The position numbers and the translations under genes were made by a program. The notes beneath the pieces are model-generated. The model was given only the letters and a program-made list of their open reading frames with translations. It was not told the DNA's origin and made no database searches. A stretch of 64,000 bases of DNA, taken from assembly GCF_006345805.1 (NCBI RefSeq), contig NC_043006.1:56606001-56670000 (forward strand), written 5' to 3'. Below are positions 12,506-25,244 of this stretch, in pieces; position 1 is the stretch's first letter; the number at the start of each line of letters is the position of its first letter. This stretch comes from Octopus sinensis. Taxonomy: Eukaryota.

Positions 12506-12863
12506 CTTAGAACTTTTTAAGGTAATTGCATTAATTTAACGCTTACTTCTGGGTAAAACTGATAAAACTCAGACTTGATGAGATCCATTTTAAAATAACT
12601 AATCTTAATGATACAGTGCTAGCTATTGACAAATGAGTGATATAACAGATATCTAACAAAAGAAAATGGATAAGGGGTGCGGGGCAAATGCAGTAAGAAC
12701 ATCACATGACTTACACACGCACATACTCGCGCACACACGTGCACAGATACATGCACACAGACACACATGCACACTCATTCATACACACTTGAATGATATA
12801 CATACTTAGAAGAGTAATAGATATATTATGTATATTATGTACACATACACATAACATACATTG

Positions 12864-12915
<52 letters not shown>

Positions 12916-13409
12916 TACATGTATGAATACACTCACACATATACATGTAATGCATCTGTAATTGTGTTTGTGTGTGTGCATGCGCGCGTGTGTACGCACG
13001 AATATTTTGTGGTAACCAGGGATCGCGTGCGCGGTATCAATATCTGCTAGAAATAGCAGCACAATATCGTCATTAATTTACACCCTAACTTCTAAAACAA
13101 AAAGCAACACATTGGATGGCGATGCTGATGCCAAAGGCCTGAAAAAAGAGGTGACCATGGCTGGAATGCGTTTCTTAACAGCAACAGTTAGAATTTTGTT
13201 GATTACTTCACTCATGAAATAAACGTAGAACAAAAAAAAAGAGACATGATTTCGATCCTTGCTTGAAGATATCCTGCTTCATTTTAGCCTTTCTGAAAAA
13301 GTAATGGACATGCCGATATTTCAGATTCACTTTTCCTTTAAGTTATGTATCTGACTACATGACTCGATACAGATAAACAGACGTATATATATATCTATCT
13401 ATCCATATA

Positions 13410-13449
<40 letters not shown>

Positions 13450-13450
<1 letters not shown>

Positions 13451-13897
13451 TCTCTTTTACTTGTTTCAGTCATTTGACTGTGGCAATGCTGGAGCACCGC
13501 CTTTAATCGACCAAATCGACCCCATGACTTAATCTTTGTAAGCCTAGTTCTTATTCTATCGGTCTATTTTGCCGAACCACTAGGTTACGGGGACGTAAAC
13601 GCACCAGCATCGGTTGTCAAGCGATGTTAGGGGGACAAACACAGACACACAATCATATACACACATACATATATATATACACACATACATATATATATAC
13701 ACATACATATATATATATATATACATATATACGACGGGCTTCTTTCAGTTTCCGTCTCCCAAATCCACTCACAAGGCTTTGGTCGGTCCGAGGTTATAGT
13801 AGAAGACACTTGCCCAAGGTGCCACGCAGTGGGACTGAACCAGGAACTATGTGGTTGGTAAGCAAGCTACTTAACACACAGCCCCACCTACGCGCCT
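13450..13897 (-). mobile_element. Full-length octopus-type tRNA-derived SINE with internal (CA)/(TA) microsatellite
   Basis: Near-identical layout to the copies at 43087-43525, 43720-44175 and 44457-44862. Family head AGGCGCAGGAGTGGCTGTGTGGTAAG..GGTTCAGTCCC. Confidence 0.9.
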
Positions 13898-13899
13898 TA

Positions 13900-13983
<84 letters not shown>

Positions 13984-14272
13984 ATATAATAATAAAAAAA
14001 TTAACGGAATGAAATAAGAATCCAAGGCCTGGATTTTTATCTCTTTCTATTAATTTTTTATATATGCACTGTTGATATACTTTGGACTCTTCATTCGCAT
14101 AATCACCGAACCTGGAGCTTCACGATAGTCTGTCCATAACACTTACTCAGTATTACCTAACACCTTTGGGTCTTCTTGACACCATTACCTCTCATAACCT
14201 ATATTACATATATATACATACATATAAGTACTCCACCTGCCTTCGTCTTTTGTTTATTTTCGTAAACCTTCC

Positions 14273-14311
<39 letters not shown>

Positions 14312-14312
<1 letters not shown>

Positions 14313-17300
14313 TAGCAGCATAGCCCGGCGTTGCCCGGGTATGTAAGAGCCCCTAGTAGGCAACGACTAATCCCAATGTAGTCCTTTCCCTCCAGGGAAC
14401 GAAGGTGCATGTGGACGTTGCAATGTCTTGTCTTCACTGGAATACTTCTGTATATACGATGTTCCTAGCTGTCCGTTTGGGCGAAAACATGAAAACATCA
14501 TTGCGCCTCCCAACGCGTGAACAGCCCACGTAGATTGACCGTGGGCGAAGCACTGTTCGCCCAAATGTAACCCCAGCGACTTGTAGCGTTTGGCCTTGGA
14601 TTTATTGATGGACATTGCAAAGCAGAGTTTAACAGGAAACTGAGAACGCCTGAAGTGGATTGGTAGGTCAGCGCCCGACGGTTGAAGGTGCATCCGTGGA
14701 ATGAAGACGTCCTCTCCCTTCCCACAACCGGTAAGTATTGTGGCCGTTATTAAATGTGGTGCCAAGTGTTTCACAACCAACGTGTGCCGTTGCACTGTTT
14801 AGGTGGAACCAAATTCCTGATGAGCATAATGGCGCACCGACTTTTAACTTCAGGATGTGTGGTGGCAGGCCTGGCGGTTCAAGTGAATTCAGGAATTCAA
14901 CAGGATAATCGGCAAGCTGGGCGGGGTCTGCTGTCCTATCTATAGATTTGTAGACGTGGACATCACCAGGAATAGCTTCAAGTAGCTGGATATTGATGGA
15001 GTTGACGGTTGTATTTTTGGGTGCGAGAATAGCTCTGCCTGCCAGCCATTTTAGGTCGCGTAAATTGTTTTGTAGGTCGTGGAAGACAGCGTCCCGGAGG
15101 CTAGCAGGGGTGTCGACAATGGTGCAAAGTGAGTCCAATTGAACGTAGCCATCCGCATCAGACAGCATCCTATTTTCACCGAGCGATAAGAGGTCCCTGG
15201 AGAATGCAGCGGATCCGCTGTCACCAATTAACTGCGCGCGCATGTTAGTTTGGAGGTGCAAGGGCCGCACATGTGCCCAAAGAGCTGACGACTTAAGGCA
15301 CGCGCGCACGGCATCGGCACGGGTTCCTTTTGGAATAACAGGTAGAGTCTGCCTGAAGTCTCCTGAAAGAAGTAAAGTTAATCCTCCCATGGGGGCCGTA
15401 GAGTCTCTGATGTCTTGCAGGGACCTGTCCAGTGCCTCAAGGGCGCTTTGTGTGCCATAGTGCACTCGTCCCATACGATGAGTTTGCATCTGAAGAATGT
15501 CGGCCTGTTCTGAGTTCTTGGCGATGTTGCAGATAGGTGACTCGGACTTTGCCAGATCGAGCGGGAGTCTGAAGGCAGAGTGGGCGGTTCTGCCACCCGG
15601 AAGCAACGTGGCCGCGATACCAGAGGAAGCTACAGCCAGGGCAATGTCCGTGTTGCGTCTGACCTCTGCCAGAATTAGTTTAGTGACGAAGGTTTTGCCT
15701 GTGCCGCCGGGTGCATCAAGGAAGAAAATCCCCCCACGTTGCTGTCTGACAGAGTCTACGATGGTGTTGTAGGCTATGCGCTGGTCTGGAAGCAGCCGTG
15801 GTTCATTATCTTGGACGTACTGGTGCAGTTCCTCAATGCAGTAGGAAGTTTCGCGTAACAATTCAGCAGACATAACATTGGCGTGTTCACGTGTGGGTGG
15901 TGGAAGGCCGTACTCTGTTAAAGCAGACCCACCCATATCGATGACAGCGTCTTCGAGTTGAATGAGCGCAAAATTGTAAATGAAGTTGGTGAACGTGATC
16001 TCGGCGGAAGGGCAGTGTTGCTGAGCCGTACGTAAGAAGTCGTGTGACATGTCATCCCTGTATTTCATCCAGAGACTTAGTGGATGACTAAGCTGACATT
16101 TTTGAAGAAGGATTGCGAAAAGATGTCGTAGGGCCGAATGCGTTTGCAGTAAAGCACCCTCTGCCATCGTGGCGTCCCACTGGGAGTCATCCTCTAGAAG
16201 GCCAAGTCTCATACATGCTTCCCTGAAGGTGTCGCACAGAACCCCATTGACGGTACGTATATTGGCGAAACCTGTTGGACCAGTGACCTCATGTAGAAGG
16301 AGACGGAGGTAGAAGCATTCTTGCTGGTTTGGCGGGATGTTGTAAACTCGACCCAGGCAGGAGTCAAACTTGACGCCTGGGAAGCTTTCGACGTTTTTGC
16401 CGGATTTCCGTCGAACCCAGGTGTTTTTAGACCACACGAAGTACGATGGGACCTGTGGGTACAAAAGCGTTCGAGCGAAGTCATCACGTTGGCATAATTT
16501 GAAGAAACCAGTCAACGTTGTGTCTTTAGGGCTGGTGGCTATCTGCACAGCACTTTGCTCTGTGAAGTAAATCCGCTGTCCATTTTCCAAGTGTACAGAA
16601 AGCTGCACCACAGCCGGGTGTCTCTGATGGAGCGGGAAGCCGTAAATGCGCCAAAACGCTTCGTTGCTGCTGAGGTACCGGCCAGCCAAGTAGTTGGACA
16701 CTTCGTCGCGACTGGTGGTCCTGGATGCTGAACATGGCAGCATCGCTGCCTTTGTTGATATATTTGCAGACATATTGTATTGACCTGATGGAGCTGCAGA
16801 ACTCAACGTTGACGTGGGCTTTGAATATCTTCGACAGGAGAGGACAGTAGGGGACAATGTAGCTGTTGTCCACTTGATGTCGCCCAACCGTAATCGTGCG
16901 GCCCCATTGGCTGGACTCCTTCGTTTGTACAGCGGATACCCATCGCCGCCTGTTTGAGTCTCCAAAGTGAACCGTTTAGGGAATCCCTTTGAGCAGGCTA
17001 ATCCGTTTTTGTAGCATGGTGTGTTGGCGTAATTTGGTCCACAGGGCCCGTGTACCATGGTAGTGCGGACAATTTCGTAGAGTCCGGGGTCCTCATCGGG
17101 GTCAGGAATCTCGGCGGAAATGAATTTGTCAATGTCATTAGTCTCGATTTTATGAGTGAGCCAAAATTAAGATGTGAGCATGTGGCAAGCCCTTCTTTTG
17201 CCACTCGACCGAAAACATGTGGCACCTGACATGCCCGAAAATCTGACCCTTAACTATCAAATCCTTCATTTTGCCCAAATTCAGACGGAAAACCCTAGCA

Positions 17301-20300
17301 ACGATGTCGTGTCGATGGGTGTGAGATTGACCCGGGAGGATTTCGAGAGTGATTTCGTCGCAGCTGGGATTGCACGTGTAGGTGATAAAGAGGTCCGGCC
17401 GGCCGTAAATGCGCACGTAGGTCAAGGCGTCTTGGGTCCTTTCACGCATATATCGCGGTCCTCCCGTGAAGGTGGAGGGTAGAATGCATGGCTTGCCGAT
17501 GTTGCGAGGGTCATTTTCTTGTTGCAAACCGTCACGGAGATGAATGTAGGAGTCGGAGCGAAGTTTGGTCTGATTAAGTTTAATGTATAGCAGCCTTTCC
17601 GATTCCATTTTTGCGGCCATGTCGACGGCGAACTGGTTGAATAGCTGACGACAACGGGGCAATAAGTTGAACTCACCCTCCCTGACCATGAACCGGTATG
17701 AGTAGAACGCCCTGCAGGAAACCGTCTTTGATGCCGCAGTAGTTTGATTGGATGGCTGCCGTAAAGGAATTCCGAAGTGGTAGCCGTCTTCCCCATAAGG
17801 GAAAAGCAATGGATACTGAAGCGCGTCATAAGATCTGTGAGTCTCGCTGATCCTGTGTAGGTTGTTACACGGGAGGAGATGATTATGTCACGGCTGTTGT
17901 GTTGCTCTCCGTGTATAACTGCGGCAATTTCGTTGCACGCAGGTGCGTTGAAACGGCGTTCGTGCCCCCGTGGGGTCGTTTATCAGCATCAATGAAACGG
18001 TGAAGTTTGGAGAAGGAGCACTGTCCAAGGCATATCTGAAGCTGCAGACGTAGCTGTTGATATCATGAAGCATGGTTTGAGACGGAGAAGAATGTCTTTG
18101 CGGGGAACATAGCTTGTACCCGGTATTATTCCAAGGCGTGCATCAACCTAGTGGTTGTAGTCGGCAATGAAGTATATTTGGAGGAAAGAAGACTGCTGAA
18201 TCTCGTCTGGCAGAAGTGACCCAATAAGATGGTAGACCTGTCCCTGCACTTTGAAAGTAGGCATCCAGCCTTCTCTGGGAGGAATTTTGGCCCCGAAAGA
18301 GGTCATTTGGAATGAGCAGTTGTACTTTCGAATTATTTCAAGGAATTGTGACGAATCGGGGGTAAACCCGCCGCGAGATCCTTCAGTGGTTGAGGTGGTT
18401 CCCGTAGGGGTGGCAGGTCCACTTTGCCACAGAGAGCACAAACCAGGTGGCTCTCCGGGCCATTTCTTGGCTTTGCAAAACTGGCATACAATTGTCATTG
18501 ACCCTATCTTGATGTCGTCACGCAAGGAGAAGTTAATTGTGGCGTCGTAGTTGAATGCTAGTGACAACCAGAAAGCGGGGGCAGGGGTACGTACACCACG
18601 AATGATATCCCGACGTTTGTTGATACTCTCAAGTCGAGTGCACCGTGCCTCAGCAGATTCAGATGCACGTGCGACAGCGGTAGCAGTGGCATCCCTTGAA
18701 AGCCTTTCAGCTCTCGCCTCAGCACCCTCTGAAGCCCTAGCAGAAGCAGTGTTAATGCCATGTCTGGATGTCCGAATAGTCCGTTGGTGTGGAGTTTCGG
18801 CAGATCGAGCCCTGGCTGTGTTTGCGGCGTTAGCAGCTTGGCGAGCTCTCCTCTGTTGAGGTGTTTCGGCAGCTTTGGCCATGGCTTTGTTTGCGGCGTC
18901 AGCATCTTGGCGAGTCTCCTCTGCTGTGAGGTTTCGACAGATCGTGTCCTGGCAGTGCTAGTGGCGTTAGCCGCATTCCAAATGGCCCTTTGTTCGGGGT
19001 TCTCGCGAGCTCTGCGGATGGAAGCACAGTAAGAAGCCCGCATGTTTTGGCTGGACTGTTGCTCTTCTCTTCACAACCTCGAGCGGAGGAAGATCTGTAC
19101 GCTGCGACCCTTGCAAGTCGGGTAGAACGGTCGCTAGTAGTTTCAGATGCCTGAGCAGCGGCATAACGGGAAGCTGTTTGCGAGAGGCGCAAGGCGGTTT
19201 CCTCGTGGGTCTCGCATGCCCTTCTAGCCCTAGCAGCCGATGCCTTGGCCGTCCGAGGGCTGAGGAAGGTCCTTCTCTTCTTGGGTGGCATTTTGGTGGA
19301 TAGCAATGTGTTTGGCAAAGGTGTAATAAAAAGGAACACGTGGGGTAAGTATTTTGGTGGATAGCAATGTGTTTGGTAAAGGTGTAATAAAAAGGAGCTC
19401 GTGGGGTAAGTATCCGAAAATGTATAAAAATGTACAAAAACGGCCAAAAAGCTGGCAGCAATGTGAGTGACAACAACGAAAAAGTCAAAAGTGATCAAAC
19501 TGAACAAACGAAAGGAAAAGTTTTTTGATGCACACGACAAAAGTGGTTTATAATAAACCAAGAGTTTGCAAGTAGCGTCCGAGGACCGTTAGGGTACGTC
19601 AAAAATTGAAGGTAAAACGTTTGGGGTGGTAGTTATAAAGAAAGTTTAAACCCAAAAAGTATTCGAATAACTTGCGGCTGCAGCAGCTATTAGCAGAAGT
19701 GGCGGTGTTGGGGGTAAAGTCTCGAATGTAATTTCTTCCTGGTAGGAATGGTTGGATCGAATTATCGATAGCTAAAAAGGTCAAGTTGCGTCCCCTAGAC
19801 AGTGGTTTGTGTTTAATACACAAATTTGTTTGCTATGTGTGCCACATATGATTAAATTAACCGATTTTTTCCAATAATGTATCCTATTGGAATAAAAAGG
19901 GCTATATAGCTCCTTGGAGCAGACATGATGCTCGTTGTGAAAAAAAAAAAGATTCCTGCCAATTTGTGAAAGATATTGTCGAAAATATGTCATCTTGAAT
20001 TTGAACGCGATTTCCCAAAATGGCATGATTTTATCGATTGTTTCTGATGGTAAGGTATTGCATGGAAAACTAACGTCAGAATTGAGTTTCTTGGGGTAAC
20101 ATTAAGCTTGACCATGAGTTTGGTGAAAATCGATTGCAAGTTGTGAAAACTACCATAGATAATGCGTTGCATAAAAAAAGCTTAGATTCTCGAGTTGCGT
20201 CCCCTAGACAGTCTGTGGTTCATGTTTATGATTCTCGACCCCATGTCGAATTTATCAATTTTTTTCAGAACTGGGGGAACTTTTCAAAATTTTCGCTTCG

Positions 20301-20440
20301 TTAGTTTTGAATTATGACATTGGGCTATGTGTGTGTCAAGTTTCATCAGAATCGGTTGAAAGCCGTGGTCAGGGTGAGGGTACGAGAAAACAGACACACA
20401 GAAGCACGCACAGACAAACTGCCGTTTATATATAGAGAGA
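14312..20440 (-). mobile_element. Full-length autonomous-type Helitron (~6.1 kb) inserted in a (TA)n tract
   Basis: Minus-strand 5' end A|TCTCTCTATATATAAACGG at 20440. 3' end has hairpin CCCGG-gcaacg-CCGGG (14324-14339), a short spacer, then CTAG|T at 14315-14312. Encloses a Rep-helicase reading frame. Confidence 0.95.
14434..19291 (-). pseudogene. Helitron Rep (HUH) - Pif1 helicase, split by multiple 1-nt frameshifts
   Basis: ATG at 19291 (MPPKKRR). HUH motif VEWQKKGLPHAHILI, catalytic YVCKYINKG, Pif1 motifs DAPGGTGKTF, IVWDECTM, GDFRQTLPV, RAILAPKN and SQFPVKLCFAMSINKS. C-terminus RNIVYTEVFQ* at 14434. Pieces lie in ORFs 18899-19561, 18558-19043, 18148-18882, 17888-18073, 17150-17809, 16998-17225, 14668-17058, 16526-16873, 15378-15596, 14367-14795 and 14498-14725. 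Confidence 0.95.
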
Positions 20441-20664
20441 TATATATATATAGTAATTAAAAAACGTATAGTAAATAGACAATCAAACGGAATGCAAACA
20501 CAGAAGGACAAGTTGAAAAACATAATAAATGCACAGACGAACGGAAAACAGACACAGAAGGTCCGCAACTCCTCATCAGTTATCGGCCAGGGGGTGAAAC
20601 GCAAATTGGTGCCTTTATAAATATATTATATATATATATATATATAATATATATATATATAATG

Positions 20665-20730
<66 letters not shown>

Positions 20731-20834
20731 GACAGACAGACAGAGACAGAGAGCGGAGAGGAGCTGATGGATTGGTAGATAGATATAGTTATCTACATCT
20801 AAATATCAATCTATCTACATATATTTATATATAC

Positions 20835-21025
20835 ACACGCCATGATAGATCGTTAGCCACTACACACAATTTTTTCTCTCCTTGTTTTCTGTGTCCCTTT
20901 CTGTAGAAGAGCGTAGGCTCGAAACGTAAAAGACTTTTTCTATTCCTGAGCGTTATACTAATAATCTGTTTGTTTTGTACACCACCTGTCTTCGTCTTTT
21001 GTTGTTTTATCGTAAACTCTCCCTA
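20835..21025 (+). mobile_element. Short repeat resembling a Penelope-like pLTR, with a hammerhead-like motif
   Basis: CCTTT-CTGTAGA-A-GAGC-gtag-GCTC-GAAA-CG-TA-AAAGA at 20896-20933. A second copy is at 62880-63080 and the shared 3' tail CCACCTG(T/C)CTTCGTCTTTTG also occurs at ~14230. Confidence 0.6.
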
Positions 21026-21047
21026 TATATATATGTATATATATATA

Positions 21048-21087
<40 letters not shown>

Positions 21088-21092
21088 TATAT

Positions 21093-21415
21093 AAAAGGAA
21101 ATGAAGAAAATGCTGACAAAATACTTTAAGTAATTTAAGTAATTTAATTAGGTGAAAGTTCTTTTTACCGGTTGCGCATTTATTATGCTTATCAAAAAAT
21201 AATTTTTTTTAAGAGAGATAGAGTTCTTTTCTGATAGATTTTTTCCTCTTATCTGATAAGAGGAAAAAATCTATCAGAAAAGAACTCTATCTCTCTTAAA
21301 AAAAATTAATTTTTGATAAGCATAATAAATGCGCAACTGGTAAAAAGAACTTTCACCTAATTAAATTACTTAAATTACTTAAATTATTTTGTCAGCATTT
21401 TCTTCATTTCCTTTT
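21093..21415. repeat. Near-perfect palindrome, ~160-bp arms, 1-nt spacer at 21254, abutting (TA)n
   Basis: Centre ..TTCCTCTTATC-T-GATAAGAGGAA.. and the arms match to the ends with a few indels or substitutions. Confidence 0.95.
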
Positions 21416-21454
21416 TTATATATCACAACTCGTGTTCCACATCTCCTTTTTTAA

Positions 21455-21492
<38 letters not shown>

Positions 21493-21864
21493 CAAACACA
21501 CACGCATGCATACGCGCGCGCGAGTGTGTGTGTGCGTGCGTGTGTGTAAAGCAGATTCGTCCATTTGGCCAGTGTGATGAATTGGAACTTGCACATAAAG
21601 TCGTAAACAGTCGGTGAAGTGATTTATGAGGCCGGGTTTTTTTTAATATTCTCCGTACGATGTTCTTTCCGGTGCTTTCGACCACAAGAAAAAACAGCCA
21701 CGAATTATTTATGCTTGTGAATTTTCATTGAGCCTTATGTTAGTTCCATTTTATAAAGATGAATTAAAATATCTTGTTTTGTATTCAAATGTGCTATATT
21801 GTCTATGTACATCATTCTATTATAGACAGAATCTTGGTGGTATCTTCTTTAATGCCTACATATT

Positions 21865-21869
<5 letters not shown>

Positions 21870-21896
<27 letters not shown>

Positions 21897-22000
21897 ATAT
21901 GTATATATAATATATATAATATATATATATATGTGTATATATATATATATATGTAATATATATATATATATGTATACATATATATATATATGTATATATG

Positions 22001-22047
<47 letters not shown>

Positions 22048-22048
22048 G

Positions 22049-22079
<31 letters not shown>

Positions 22080-22167
22080 GTGTATATATATATTATATAT
22101 GTATATATATATGTGTATATATATATGTGTGTATATATATATATGTATATATATGTATATATATATA

Positions 22168-22200
<33 letters not shown>

Positions 22201-22352
22201 TGTATATATATATATGTGTATATATATATTATGTATATATATGTATATATATATATATATTATGTATATATATATTATATATATATATATATAATATGTA
22301 TATATATGTATATATATATATATATATATTATATATATTATATATATAATAT

Positions 22353-22434
<82 letters not shown>

Positions 22435-22462
22435 ATATGTATATATTATATATATTATATAT

Positions 22463-22523
<61 letters not shown>

Positions 22524-22597
22524 GTGTATATATATATATGTGTGTATATATATATATATGTATATATATATGTGTATATATATATATGTGTATATAT

Positions 22598-22629
<32 letters not shown>

Positions 22630-22675
22630 GTATATGTATATATATATATTATATATGTATATATGTATATATATG

Positions 22676-22744
<69 letters not shown>

Positions 22745-22811
22745 GTGTATATATATATATGTGTGTATATATATATATATGTATATATATATGTGTATAT
22801 ATATATATGTG

Positions 22812-22851
<40 letters not shown>

Positions 22852-22896
22852 TATATCTATATATATATATTATATATGTATATATGTATATATATG

Positions 22897-22959
<63 letters not shown>

Positions 22960-22965
22960 GTATAT

Positions 22966-23045
<80 letters not shown>
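21870..23045. repeat. ~1.2-kb degenerate (TA)n/(TATG)n microsatellite
   Basis: Read directly. Source of the YI-repeat ORFs. Confidence 0.95.
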
Positions 23046-23145
23046 CAATATAGGGTGGCAAGGAAAATTTTGTAGAATTTTATTGCCACCAGCGGCCCAG
23101 CGGGAAAAAAATTAAATAGTCATAGACCATTTTTAAGTTCAACAT

Positions 23146-23369
23146 TAACAATTAAGGAACGGCCATAATAGGCCATTCACCCACTAGAAATAACAGCCAA
23201 AGCTTCTACCGCAAATAAAGATTAATTCCGTAAACAGGAGAAAATTAAAAAAATTGGTAAATGTTTTTTTAATTTTCTCCTGTTTACGGAATTAATCTTT
23301 ATTTGCGGTAGAAGCTTTGGCTGTTATTTCTAGTGGGTGAATGGCCTATTATGGCCGTTCCTTAATTGT

Positions 23370-23371
<2 letters not shown>
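23146..23371. repeat. Near-perfect inverted repeat, ~108-bp arms, ~10-nt spacer, abutting (TA)n
   Basis: TAACAATTAAGGAACGGCC.. mirrored by ..GGCCGTTCCTTAATTGTTA. Confidence 0.95.
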
Positions 23372-23400
<29 letters not shown>

Positions 23401-23571
23401 AGAGATTCAGTCTGTTTGTCCTACAAAGCATAATTACACCATCTCAATTATGAGCGTGAGTGTTTTGTCCACTCTCACACTTTGACTATGGTGATGATAA
23501 TGATTATGATGGTGTGACTAGAGATAAAGTGCCAAAATGTTCAAAGAATCTACACTTATCAGTCTTTCTCA

Positions 23572-23617
<46 letters not shown>

Positions 23618-23762
23618 AATTTATCATTCTGTCTTTCTATTTAGCCAGAAATTGTCCTGTGGCGAGAATGGTCAGCGTTCAAGACAATGACAACCACCAC
23701 ACCATATATAATTATTCATTTATTTAGTCAAGGATAGTTTGTTCTGCCCAATTAAGCACAGT

Positions 23763-23832
<70 letters not shown>

Positions 23833-23836
23833 TAAT

Positions 23837-23879
<43 letters not shown>

Positions 23880-24207
23880 TATAATACAATACATTTTAGC
23901 TCAACAAACAAACATATAATGAAAAAATATTTATTTACATCATAGAAAAATGAAAAGTGTGCATGCGTATACATACATACAAATCAGAGTTCTGATTTGT
24001 ATTATGTATACGCATGTACACTTTTCGTTTTTTCTATGATGTAAATGAATATTTTTTCATTATGTATGTGTTTGTTGAGCTATAATGTATTGTATTATAT
24101 TATATTATGTTATTATATTATTATATTATGCTGTTGCTGTATTCTATGGGATATTTTCCATCTAATATGTATTGTGAATGGCGGAATGCACATATTCTTT
24201 TACTGGT

Positions 24208-24263
<56 letters not shown>

Positions 24264-24265
<2 letters not shown>

Positions 24266-24819
24266 GCCCTGATGCAGTACCAGGCAGTGGCTCTCATGGC
24301 TTCTGATCTTAACTGATTGGAAGTGTTATCATGTACATTGTTTTGTCTTGGTATAAAAGATGGGCTACAGCAAATATTCTGCTCAATACCACAGATTTGC
24401 TTGTCAGTTGTTTGACCTTAACCAGTTGAGCATGTCCCTTAGTGGCTGACGATATGTGCATCTCTGATCACGAGCAGAAGTAGTGGGGGAGCATCATAGC
24501 CATGTGTTGAGAAGGATTCTTTGGGGTTTGAATAATTCACCTCTGGAAACATGGGTGTTTCGTTCAACGTCCTTAAACAACCCTTATTCAGGGACCTTTT
24601 GAGCGGGATGGGTTACTCGATCTGAAGAAAATTCTAACTGGGCTCCACCTGCAAGGTCATGTGCTGTTTATCTTGATATGAGATCACCATGTCGCGCACA
24701 TATGGTCGTGATGCATGTGCCTGGTGTACCCTTATCAGACGGGTAGTCATGATGGGTATACTGGGCTTCGTATATTTTACCCCAGTGTCACTTTGATGGC
24801 ATGCTCTGCTCGCTCACTC
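24264..24819 (+). mobile_element. ~555-bp non-coding repeat flanked by (TAA)n on both sides
   Basis: Starts ATGCCCTGATGCAGTACCAGG and ends GCTCACTC-(AAT)n. Its 5' ~165 bp recur diverged at 27585-27752, also directly after (TAA)n. Confidence 0.7.
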
Positions 24820-24877
<58 letters not shown>

Positions 24878-25244
24878 GCCTTTTGTAACTTAATACAATG
24901 AACTCTGGACTAGCTCCACTGCCAGGTTTCTGCTCGTTACCACAGCATAACTGCCTGTCTGGGTCTGCATACTTCCGCTATTCACTGCTTCGTCCATAAT
25001 GGGGAAACCTAACAAAACTTTCAACGACTTCAATAAATTACAAATTCAACAATCACAATTTCAACAATTCAGCAATTCAGTTAAAGAAAACAACGACTCA
25101 CATGGGAGCGAAATCAAAACACAACCACTTCAGAAGAGTGATAATCACCACACCAGCTAGTGATGAAACCTCATTCCAAACGCAAAATACTGCATGCTTT
25201 TTCCAGTGACAAACTGTTACTGACCTCGAAAAAGAGAAACAATC

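Noticed and set aside
15242-19032. Plus-strand ORFs inside the Helitron
   Set aside because: They are antisense shadows of a GC-rich coding strand.
24264-24340. HDV-like ribozyme at the 5' end of the TAA-flanked element
   Set aside because: GGC-TCTC(A/G)T-GGC resembles an L3 loop, but P3 is mismatched and I could not build P1 or P2.
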